A stretch of 64,000 nt of DNA from Klebsormidium nitens (taxonomy: Eukaryota > Plantae > Klebsormidiophyceae). The stretch is from contig DF237436.1 in the NCBI GenBank assembly GCA_000708835.1, positions 1-64,000 of the forward strand, given 5' to 3'. The notes beneath the pieces are model-generated. The model was not told the origin of the DNA. It searched no databases and saw only the letters and a program-made list of their open reading frames with translations. Positions 23,801 to 35,500 of the stretch are shown piece by piece. A program made the position numbers and the translations under genes. The first letter of the stretch is position 1, and each line of letters starts with the position of its first letter.

Positions 23801-23995
23801 CTGGCGTCACTCAACCGGCTTGCCCTAGAGGCGATTTCGTCCCGGCCATACGCCCCGTTTAGCAGCTGGGATGTTGAGGCTCCCCGTTTCTCGGAGCTCC
23901 GAGAGGGGCACTATTCTTGGACCACGGTGGATGATACTGGGTCGGAAGTAGTGAGGGGGGTGCGGTTGGGGAGGCTGTCGCGAAGGCGTTTATGA
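20845..23995 (+). CDS. NXPE / PC-esterase (TBL-like) SGNH-fold type II membrane protein with filamin/Ig-like domain
   Basis: Exons 20845-22073, 23213-23301, 23613-23995 (3' end uncertain: possible donor GTGCGG at 23960). N-terminal TM (QVFSFTFLFGLVLGCLLSAVI), coiled coil (LAQLHQQVELLEKTRDLEAKVLSLKQQLAE), SWTASFRLWDAGDY Ig-like strand, W.W...C, RVLFVGDCHQR (GDS block), DVISLDAGHW, RLVWRT, EGHY (DxxH block). Confidence 0.8.
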
Positions 23996-24017
23996 CGTGG
24001 AGTATTCACACTTTGCA

Positions 24018-24266
24018 ATGAAGTTCTCGGAAAGTACGGTCCAGAGGAAACAAGGCACAGCTTTTGCACTGACTACGCTGCTCGCAACTGGTTTTCTCTT
24101 TTGTACCGTGTATCTTGTTACAATTAGAGCAGAATACAGAACGCTTGCAATCCCGCCTGATCGACCGAGGCAGACCTCTTCCGAACCAACGACTCCTGGA
24201 CCATATGTACAGAGCGATAGAAATGGCTTCAATTGTAGAGTCAAGAAGCCAGATTCTCATATGTAA
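24018..24266 (+). CDS. Putative 82-aa single-pass membrane ORF immediately downstream of the SGNH gene
   Basis: MKFSESTVQRKQG-TAFALTTLLATGFLFCTVYLVTI-RAEY...PPDRPRQTSSEPTTPGP: basic N-tail, 22-aa hydrophobic stretch, Pro/Ser/Thr stem. No recognisable homology; may be non-coding 3' UTR or intron. Confidence 0.25.
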   Translation: MKFSESTVQRKQGTAFALTTLLATGFLFCTVYLVTIRAEYRTLAIPPDRPRQTSSEPTTPGPYVQSDRNGFNCRVKKPDSHM

Positions 24267-25191
24267 ATGATCAACTGAGACCACAATCACCAAGACTGCT
24301 TCCACTTGAGCACATCGTGTCACCACTGATTAGAGTGACACCCCAGGTCACTTTGCCTGGCGCAGAATTTCATCCTTGTCACAATATAAGCCGACTACGC
24401 AAAGCTGCGCGCGGCGGTATCTTGAACGTGCCGTTGCGGTCCGCCTGTTGAACACTCAACGGCAGTGCCCCCTACGATGTTCCAAGGTTCGCTAGCTTGC
24501 AGGCTACTGTAAGGACCAGAGACTCACGACGACTAGCCTGCCACCAATCTCAAGGTGAGATCATGATTTCATACAGAGGTACTCCTTACATGCCGCGCGC
24601 GTTGCATGTATACAGCTTGCCAAGTTGCTTTGAACACTTGGCACAATAAGTCAGTAATATATCGCATCGTTGTCCGGATGGCTATGCTTGATGCATCACT
24701 TAATCAGCGCGGCCTGCCGGGAGCACCGGCCATGATCCTTCGAAGGCCAATACAACTGCCCCGCGAGTCACGCACGGCCACCACGTGACTTCAGATCACC
24801 GATCGCGATGCAACTTAGCTCGGCCCCGCTGGATGCACTTAACAATTGCCTCGAGGGTTGTTATGTGTACAAGAACGTCTATGCGATATTGCTGCGAATC
24901 GAAAATTTGCAGCAATCGGTGTGTATGCTCGATAGACACGTGAAATGGACGGCCGGCAAGTACTCATCATTTACGGGTTCGACTGGACTCGCAATAAGTG
25001 GAACATTCTGCATATTCCGGTTTGTGCGTTCATTTATAGAGACATCTAACTCGTGAAGCGTCGAGCACGGCAGGACTGGTCGTCGACGCTGCGTGTAGAA
25101 AAGTTTCGAAGGTGCCACAAATGGCGCCGAAAGGAGGAGCGTACGCTCAGAAGAATAATTCCCGGTTCCGCCTGTCCACGACTGAACCGAC

Positions 25192-28100
25192 CTAGCCCGC
25201 GTGCTGGCCGGCGTCATCCTTGCTAAGCCGGAAGAACGCCTGCTGCAGAGTCGGTTGGCTCACAGAGTAGTCCTCTATCCCCAAGCTCGCCCGCTTCGTC
25301 TCCAATTCATGCAACAACATGGCCAGCTCCGGCAAGGTCTGGATCGGCACACCAAACCGCGCTTGGCCCCCCGAGTCGCTCTCCGAAGCAAAGCTGCGCG
25401 GGCCGCCGTTTTCGCGCCCGGACGACGTCGAGGGGGAGGGGAAGAGCGTGTTGATGAAGGTGCGTATAGCGGGCAGCTTGGAGGGATGCGCGCGCACGAT
25501 GAGCGAGTAGTCGCTGCCGTACTTTTTCTTGATGCTCTGGGGGGAGCCCAGGCATCGAAGCCGCCCCTTCACCAGAACGCCCACCTGGGTCCTGAGCAGC
25601 GGGCACGAGAAGCAGCAAATTGTGAGTAGAGGATCTTGGTACACACTGTCGCTTCGAAGAAATCCGCGAGAACAAGGCTAGAAGATCGAGAAAGACGAAA
25701 GGTGAGAAGGAAAACAAAACAAATCCCCGGCTTAACCAATGATTCTTTTGTTTTGAATAGTGTCAATATTTCCAATGTCGTAACTTGGCCATCAAAGTAG
25801 ATCGACGAAGGGGTGTAAAATAGAATTGCAAGCCATATATTCTTATGGAGAAGAGCGACGGAAGAGAGGGTCTTCATCACGTATGTCGAGTACATCCGTA
25901 GGAGAGGATACGGCATACGTCAGAGTAGCACCGATCAGACTCAGCCCTAGCATAATCACATGCAAAGGAGCATCCATTGGGCTCAGACTCTCTACTGCAG
26001 AGCTGCTAGATCTAGTCTGCCTTTGCACTTACCCCAGTGCTTCCGCTTCTTCGACCGAGCTGGTGCAGATGAGCGTCGCCCGCCCTGCGGAGCCAGCCTT
26101 GATCTGGGACCAGACGGCCTGCCGCCCTGCCGCATCCATGCCTGCGCGGACGCAAGAAACCTAGTTGAAGAGATCAGGGAGTAGCTTCCTAGCAGAAAAA
26201 CTGAGGTCTGCATTCGCAAAGACGTCGCAGGATTGCCTTGACCCTCGAGGGCCCCCATCAGCTAAATGAAGCCCTGGCAATACTAGTATTCAAACGAACG
26301 AAAGAACAGGATATCTTCTATACCGTCGGAATCAGAACGTGTGTTTGATTCGTCCAAGGTAAACGCTGTGGCCGCGATGTTTGGCAACCAGACCCACTGT
26401 TTGATTCGCAGCACGAGCAACTAGCAAAAAGCAAGGCGAACTAGCAGCTGGTTGGATTTGAGCGGACTCCCATCCAACTTCCAAAAATGTCAGTGCTTCA
26501 GGTCTCGAAGCAAACCGGATATTTTGAGCGCAGGCTTGAGCCCACTTAGTAGCTCAGCTCGGCCAGTTCGTTTTCTCACCGAACGTGGGCTCGTCCAACA
26601 ACAGCACTCGCGGGCCGCCTAGAAGCGCCATCGCCAGCTGGAGCTTCCTCAGCGTGCCAGGTGGCGCGTTGCGGGCCAGCTGCTTGGCTTCCTCGGCAGA
26701 AATCTCCGCAGACAGCAACGCCGAGTCGACTGCTAGAGAGCCCGACGCGGCGAGACCGCGCACGGTGCACAACATTTGGAGGTGCTCGCGTACAGTCATA
26801 GCTCCGGCCACCACCTGCGCAGGAGAACGAGACGCAGCTTTCGTCAATGCCTTCAGTTCATCCTTGTCCGGTGGCTTTCAATGACAAACCTATGTTACGC
26901 CGTAGATTGAGTGTTTCGGGTCCCCTTCATTCTCGAGGTTGTATCCTCCTGGCAAACAAACAAATCGAATCTGCGCAGAAATGCAGAAGCGCACTATTCA
27001 GCGGTCTGAAAATACTCTTGAGCGTCCTGTTTGCAGTCTTGGTATGTCTTCGTTCTCTACGTCTGCTGTTAGATGATCCACGTAAAACGTTCGGAACACC
27101 GTTCATGACCTGCTGTGACGAAGGACCATCGCACCGATGCACCTTGACTTTGCCCACTCTCCTCCTCCAATGGTGGTAGATTTAAACAATCGAATAACTC
27201 AAAAGACGACGCGCACCAGCTGGGTGCATTGCACTAGTGCTGAATGATCTCCAAAAAGCACCTGACCTTACTTTCGTGGCACCTTCATTCATCTCAGACC
27301 ACACGAAGCAGTTGATGTGAGAATCGACAATCCCTCCTGGCTCAATCTTGGCTCGATCTCGGCCGTCTCGATTTGTCCACGTTATTATCCTCAGACTGTT
27401 CGACTGGGTACTGTTATGGACGACACTACACGCGGCGGTCTCTGTGCGGGTAAAAGAAAGCGGAAGACACCAAAACCCGAAGAGACAACAAAGAAAAGAT
27501 CCTAGTACACGTGTCCTCACGTCTCCCTGCGGGCAGAAGCCGACCTTCCCCCCGTTCCCGAACTCGTAGCTGTAGCGCACGCTCTGGCCGCAGATGAGCG
27601 CGTCGCCGTGCGTCACCTCAGTGGTCCCCGCCAAGCAGCTCAGTAGCGTGCTCTTGCCCGCAGCCGCAGGGCCCACCAACACGATGGTCTGCACAGAAAT
27701 GGCGGCGGGGTCTGAATGCAACGGTCGTTTTTGTTTGGGAGCGCGGAAAAAAAGGGATCAATAACCTCACTGACTATCAACGTGATCTTTACGGGTTTGG
27801 ATTGGCCGTCTGAAGGCACCATCAGAGCGGCCTTTGTTAACGGAGGAGGATCCAATGACGTGCACTCTGGAGCTTAGGATGTCAAAGAAAAGAGGAACCG
27901 GTGCTGCCATTGACAGATCGACTGGTTCGTAGGATGGAGACGTCATGCGAGACTGAAGGTGGGTGCTCCACGCAAGCATTTACAATGGCTGCAACAAGAG
28001 AAGTGTGGGGAGTCTTATGACAAACGCGCTCTAGAACTTAAAAAGTTGGCTCAGAGACACAACTCAGCTCGAATCACTGACCTCTCCAGCCCCCACCGAC

Positions 28101-29515
28101 AGCCAGAAGTTCTGCAGCGCCACCACCGGGGGGGAGATCTCCGTGTCTTCCAAGACCGGTGGATATGTCTATGGGAAAACGACGAGGTCAGCACAGGAGA
28201 GGATCTCACCAGACCGAACCAGTCACCGCGCTTATCCTCCTTGCTCTGCGAGAGCACTTGTCTAAACTTGACACCTTTCGTTTCGCAGAACAGTCTCGGC
28301 TGTTACGAGGGACCCGCTGGCGGAGCTTTCGTTGTGGTGCACAAACACGCATGCAGATATCAACGAGTCTACCCAGCGAAAATTGTTTCATTATGCAAGC
28401 CGTGTCCCACGCTGGAACCTTCTTTAGACTATAACGACAGCGACTGGGAAACGACTTTTTTCCATGAAGTAATTGCACTAAACCCCATGGTTTCCAGCTC
28501 CACAATGCAGACCAGCATCTAACCTATTCCGACCCCCGTACCTTTCCCAGCCCATAGCACAGTGTGAGCGCGTCCTCCTGCTCCTGCACAGCCGTGTCGT
28601 TCTGCGCCAGCGTTTCCCACGCCGCGCCTTTCTGCACCACCTTCTGCTTCTCCGCCGCCACCTCCGGCTCTAATGGAGGCTCCGCGGCGGCGTCCGAGAG
28701 CTCGACCGGCGCTTCCTGCCGAGTCTCGGGCTCTGTAGCTTTCACCTCCAAGTGCCTGCGACGAAGACAGACCAATAGTATTATTGTTGACAAGTGAAAC
28801 GGGACTGAGCTGCTCTGGTGGAGATGTTTCGCGGTGATGGGATTCACGACTCATAATTGAGGGGTGCCCAACGCCCAGGTCAGCAGAGATTGTGTTTGGG
28901 TGACAGTCAAAGTCCGTTCAAAGAGAGCCGATCCGGCTCGCCGATCCGCTCTTGAAGCCCTTCCCGAACTCTCCTTAATACGCCCGATCCACTAACTTAT
29001 GAGAACGGTCGCGTTAAGAAGCAAATCGTCGTATCTGGAGCAGAAAATCGAACTTGTTGCGATGGAAACTCCAAGCTCGAAAAACGTACCACAGTCTCAG
29101 GGCGTAAAGCGCGGCTGCTGTGGTCAGCCCAAGCAGCGTAACCGGTATCTGCGTGTCCCACTGGAAGTACGCCCCCGCCGACACGCTGGCGGGCGGGCCC
29201 TCGCCGTTTTTGCCCGTCAGCCGTGCGTTGGTGTAGTTGATGAAGTGGTAGCCCGCAAGGAGCGCATACGGGGGATTGATGAACGACATGATCGTGTGGA
29301 AGGGGACGATCGACGAGGTGCCTGCGGAACGAAAAGAGGCGTGAACTTGGGGTGACATCGAGGCTCGACTACCGTTGTAGGTGTGGCTGTATGCTTGGAG
29401 CTGGAAAGTAGGTTCTGAGGTGCTTCTGTCATTTGTGGGCTTCGGACTTGATCCGGTGTGAGTTTGGTCTGATCAACATGGAGAAATCAAACAGCAGCAG
29501 AACGGCATCAGGATG

Positions 29516-29554
<39 letters not shown>

Positions 29555-32500
29555 GCCGACTCCAAATTTGAAAAGGGGAATGTCTCTAGTACGTCAGAGC
29601 AGACTTGCGTTTTAAATCCCGCTTGCGGGCTTTGGAATCTATCAGCAAGCGACTGTGAGCTGTGTGGTCACCGTCCCCGTCCATCGAGGTATTAAAAAAG
29701 ACAAACAAGAACCGGCTGAAACAGCAGAAACGGCTGAGCATTGGAAAGTGTAGATGGAAGCCCACATTCAAGAAAGACAACGCAAAAACGGCTGACGAGA
29801 AGTTGAAAAAGTTGACTAAGCGCGCGCACCGTCGGCCCAGATGGTGAGCATGAAGAAGTAGGGAATGACGGCGGCTGTGAAGAAGAGCACGGACAGGTTG
29901 GACGCCGCCGCGAGGCCATTGCGCGTGCCGAACGTCCAGACGTAGACCATCAGCAGCTGAGCCTTGGGCGCCAGCACGTTGAGCACGAACAGAACTAGCA
30001 TGGCGGGTTTCAGGAACGGCGTGCGCCCGAAGCAGGAGCCCAGGACGGTGATGAGCTGGTACGTGATGGCCATGAAGAGCGCGTCGCCCAGCCACGTGCC
30101 CAACCAGAAGGGGAAGCTGCGCAAGCCCGCCACGCGCAGCAGGGGGCGCAGCCCGATCTCGCGCTCCGAGACGACCTGCGGGAGGGGGGGAGTGTCAGGC
30201 TGAGCGCGAACTTAAAGAATGAGGCCGGGTAGAGTGAGTCACTGCCGTGCATGTCTAGCTTCGGACTGCATGCCACGATGCCAGACAATGGTTGAATAGG
30301 GGGGGCGAATAGAGGCGTCCTGAGATGTTGTTTGCTGTGTACTGAAAGAATGGGCGAGTCTATAATTGGCGAGTCTCTGATTGGGCTTGAGCAGAAACAC
30401 CGCAGTCGCCTTTGCGCTGACCATTGGAAGTAGCTTCTCGCACTGGCTCTTGTTGGAGATACAGACTCCTCTAAGATGTGAAGCGCGAAAGCGGGACGAA
30501 CGCGTCGGCTCTGATTGGGCTCGCATTTTGAAGGCAAGGCAACGTGACCGACTAACTTACCAGAACGACCTACACGAAGAGCTTCATCGTAGACTCTGTA
30601 AACGGGACAAGGCGTCGCTTCTAGACAACGAGTCTCCGAGAATTCTCAAAGCTCAGAGCAAGGCCTGGATATCGCAGTTTCATGGACACGACGAGTTCCC
30701 GAGTATTCCCAGATCTTAGAGCAAGGCAATATATTTCGCAGATTTATTTGAACATAAGTGTCGGCAACTACAAATCCGTTCCCTCACCTGCCCCCCTAGC
30801 TGCGGCGGGATCATGAGCGTGCTAAGGCACACGAACGCCCCAACGAAGTAGCCAAAGACGTACTCCGCATCCAGGTACGGCAACGCTTTGGACCACACCG
30901 AGAGCGTGGTCACCGCGCCGCTGACCAGATCGTTCATCGTTTCCAGAATCGCCGCGTCGAGCATGGAAGCCAGCGTCGGCAGCTGGTGCATCTGCCACGG
31001 TTGATAGAGTACCGTGTACTGGGCGGAACAACCGGGCAGGTCCAGGGCGTCGAACGAGACGGCAACGAAGTCGGAGGGATCCCCCGAGGCGGCCGAGGAG
31101 AGCGCGGCCGCGAGGGCGGCGGAGTCGTACTGCTGGATGTTGGGGCCGAACTTGCGCAAGACGGTCGTGACCTGAGGAGCAGCGGTTCGAACAGTCAGAT
31201 GGTCAAATGTGCCCTGCGCCGATTTTCGTTGTCACCACACTGCTTTCTGAGGTCTGCTTCGATCAAGCAACAGCCAAGTGCACCAGTTGATTGCATACAC
31301 CGTCTCACATGCGAGAAGTTCTTGGGGGGCTAACGACGAGGGAAAAATCAAAGAAGGACTCTCGTTTAGCTTTGCAACTTCCGTAGTGAGACGCAAAAAG
31401 CCGCATGTCACAGAGTACCTCAGATTCTCTCCGGACAGTCGCTGCACTAAACAGAAGGCTCTAGTGTGCTGGTTTTCAAACATAAAAGATGGATTGAACC
31501 CGCTTTGCGAAATGTGTGAAATTTTCGGTACGAAAAGCTTTGGTGGCACCACAAGATACATGTAGGTACACAAGTTCATTGCACATGCTACTGCCTGATA
31601 GCCATCCACGCAACCTTGAGGAGCTTCATCGTGCAAGACCGACCGCGAAATTGGTCCATACGAGGATGCAGAGACAGGTGTCCGCCTCCTGCTGACCTGA
31701 GACACGTTCTGTGCGCCATCTGGGGGTGAAAAGTAGATCGGGACGTCGTTGCCGTAAGCAGGGTTCACCAGGTGGACCGGGTCTTCCGCCGTGTCCTTGT
31801 ACGCGACTTGTACCAGAATGGCCACCAGCGTGAAGATCTGGCACAGAAATCGGAGAAAGTCTGTTGGAACCACGCTCGCTGCCTTCAGGTTTTGGGTCTC
31901 TCGTCGAAGTTTCTTTGGAATGGCATTCCGATTGCAGGATGCTGGGGCAAAAGATGGCAACTTTTGCTCTCCAGCATTTGGCCAGCCGTGATGACATCCC
32001 AGGATTGGCTGGAGCGCTGCATCAAAACGCCAGAAAAGCCAGCGGGAACGTAATTACTGCGGTATTTTCTGCGTAAGCGCCTGTTCACCTTCACTCACAG
32101 GCATCCCAGCGACCATAACATGTTTGCGGTGATTAGTAGCTCACGAATGAGATCCTTCATCAGTACTGAAACAATATCGGGGTCACCACCAGCACCTTTG
32201 ACCTATCTGCAGCATGCTGCATAAAGTCGCAGCCACTCACGAGCGCCATGCCGAGCGTGTTGAACAGCAGCCCGGGACTCCGCCGGTACGTCTTAACCCG
32301 CATCTTAACCACCGCCACAAACTGCTGCCGGAACGTGGCGCGCTTCCCTGCAGCGTCGGCGTCAAACCCGAGGTCGATCCGGTCGTCTGCACCGGAAGTT
32401 CCGTCCTCTTCGGCGGAATGGTGCAGCAGACTCTCATGCGTGGTGTCGTCATCGTCGGGCGGCGCACGGTGCGCGGCGGACTCGAGGAGGGGCGGCAGGG

Positions 32501-35500
32501 CGGCCGCTTCCTCCTCAGCTTCTCCTGGAGAGGTGGATTAAACAAGAGGGGCTAAACTGCATGTTCATAGGGCTGAAGACTTGAGCACTTCCTTTGTGCT
32601 TTGCAGGAACAGAGCTTGCTGATAGCAACATCGCGTTTGAGATCGACGAGGGGTTGTAGTTTGGAGCACGTGCACTGTTCTTCAGACGCAGAGGTCTGCC
32701 ATCCCGCGGTGCTCCTTGCCCGAAGGAGAACTCAAGCAGAGTCACCCCAGACCAGCACGAGGAGTCAACTGCAATAGTAAAACGGGTATTCACCGACCTT
32801 CAACGACCAAAACCGGAACGAAGAATACAACTCTATTGGCCGAATCGCTGTCTGTCAGCAATTGCCGTACCTGCAAATTGCATGAAGATCTCCTCGAGCG
32901 TGGTGGACTCGAGCGCGCCCCCCGCCACGCCCACTTGTTCCGCCCGCTCCGTCAGTTCCATCATCATAGAAGCAACTTCCGAGGACCTTCCGAGGGGTAA
33001 TCGGTAAGTGGCGTGGTCCCCCCTGGTTCCGGGGACGGGGATGGCCTCGGGAAGGGACGACTGGATCAGACCCAGAACGGAGGGGGCGTCGAACCTGTCG
33101 GTCTTTGTTACGTGGAGTAGATAAGAAAGACCTGCAGAAACAGGGGGAGTATTGTACCACACTGTGGCCAATGGAAGAGAGTGCCTGCGCATTGATTGCA
33201 TTGAATCGGGGGGTGTCGGGTGCAGGGTGATAGATTCCTGATTCCAGACTAAAGAGCGAGTCAATCTAACGAATACTTGTGGTTTCTGCTGAAGAAAACC
33301 AATGAGGCTGTGTAAGATGACCCAGCCTGCAGAAGCATCGAAAAGCAAGGCCGGACATGCCGACGGAGAAGGCGCAGCGATTTTGTACGAGGGGAAGCGA
33401 ACCGGAAAGCCCAGACTATTCACGGTCTTGCAACTTCGAGCGCACCGCCACCTTGCCGACCTTTTTCTTGATCGAGAGGCTCAGGGGGTTCAACGCTGTT
33501 GACGAGGAATCCAGGAAGAGCAAGCTTTAGTTGGAGCCCGAAAGATGGGGCCTCGCAAGCTTGTGCCCCCGTTCCCACCCAGGGCACAGTGCGGGGCTCA
33601 CCAAACTTGTTTTTGAGGAAGAGGCTGGAGCCGCAGCACTTGACGACGCCATGCGAGAGGATGGCCTTGCGGTCCGCCAGCACGTCCGCCTCCTCCATGC
33701 TGTCCGTAGTCACCACCACGCACTGCCCGCCCGCGCGACGCCGCAGGAGCGCCTCCCACACCTAGTCACGCACGATTATCGTCTTCATTTCGTGGAAACA
33801 TCTTATTTTGCTTGCTTCTCTCTGCTAAGCCAGTTTGATGGAGAATAGACAACGTCCTCCTCTCACCAATTTCAGTGACATCAAACAACGTTCAATACCA
33901 GCACTGACCGCCCGCTCATTGCCGCAGGAGCGCCTTTCACATCTGTGATGGCGCGGACAAAACACGTCCCGAAGCTTGCCTCGAGGTGCTGTCACGAGGC
34001 TCTGTGTCTCTGCCCCCAAATTAACCATCTGTCTGCACTTTCAACATGACTCTTTTGTATGGATGTCGTATATCCAGAGTTGCGGCCAGAAGCGACCTCT
34101 TAAACTAAGTCCGTGAGACAGGTGCAATGCAAGCTAAGACATCAATAGGAGATACATTGGGAGCTGTGCGTTATGTGCGCTCGACTGGCAACCAGCAGGA
34201 TGAATCTCAGGCACGCCTGATTTTGGGACGGCATCAGCAAGTCCAGGTGTTCAAGGGCCCTTCAAAGGGCCCCGAAGGCCACTCATTCTCTTATTCCAAC
34301 TCAATGAACAGAGCAGCCAAGTCAGGATACTAGCATCAGAGATGATACTGTATCTGTCCGGCACAAAGTCAGGACAGCCGTAGGGATCGAATCGACGCCT
34401 GCACAAGGATGCAAGTCTGCATCCTATTTATGCAGTGAAACACAACAAAACTCAGTGATAATAGCAACGCGGAGACCCATGAAAACGCCCCTTGATTAAA
34501 TGATTTGCAAATAAGAACTTTCGTGCATACCTGGCTTCTTGAAATCGCGTCCAAGCCCCTCGTCGGCTCATCCAGCACGACCACGTGCGGGTCTCCTACC
34601 AGCGCCAATGCGACCGTCAGCTTCCGACGCGCACTCTCGTCCAGTGTACGGGCCAAGTCGTCGCCGTTTGCAGCCATGCCTAGTTCGGCCAAAAGCGACT
34701 GAACGGTCTGGTCCACGTTGGGCGCGGGCGCGGTCGTACCGTCGGGGCCGGGAGCAGTGTGCGAGAGAGACGAGTTTTCGCCCTTGATGGTCGCGACGTA
34801 GACGAGCTGTTCGGCGGCGGTGAGGAAGCCCGAGTGGATGTTGCTTTGCGGGCACACGCCCAGGAGCGAGCCGCTGTGAAGGGCGGGGCCTGCAGAAAAA
34901 AGCCGGTAACGTCAGCATGGGGAAGAAGGGACACTGAACAACTTGAACAAGAAGGTGTTGTGGGGGATGTTAGCATGGCAATTGCTGTTTGCCTGTGGCG
35001 TGTCAGAATAAAGGGCGAAGAGGAAGCATAGCATATCTGCAAATGCCGAGCAACTCGTATTTGTGTACTGCCGTTTCTCTCCATCGCTTCTTTGTGCCCC
35101 AGAAATGGTCCCTCTGGCAAGACAAAGCGGTTTGCAGATTGCAGCGGAACATAGTGCTGGAGAGTTTCTCAAACTTTGGTAACATGCTCAGACTCAACCA
35201 TTGCTCGTCGACAAATTGGTCTGGGACAGAAGGCGGCAGACAGGAGGCACGACAAACGGGGCACGAGAAGCCAAGCAGATGTGCACACGGACAGCACGAC
35301 CACCTTGAATGTCTATGATCCAGAAGGAGGAGCAAGCGCCAAAGCAATCTAATAAGCACCGGCACGCAGGGCACGTCAATCTCACCCGCTTGCGATACCC
35401 TGTGGCTGTACACATACGCCTCCCCCGACGTGGGTCGCACCAGCCCCATCAGCATGCCCGCCACTGAGCTCTTTCCGCTTCCGGTGTGACCCAGGAACGC

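Noticed and set aside
25201-25629. Long plus-strand ORFs overlapping ABCA exons (also 30986-31333, 35538-36161)
   Set aside because: Antisense shadows of GC3-rich coding exons; no independent motifs or splice structure.
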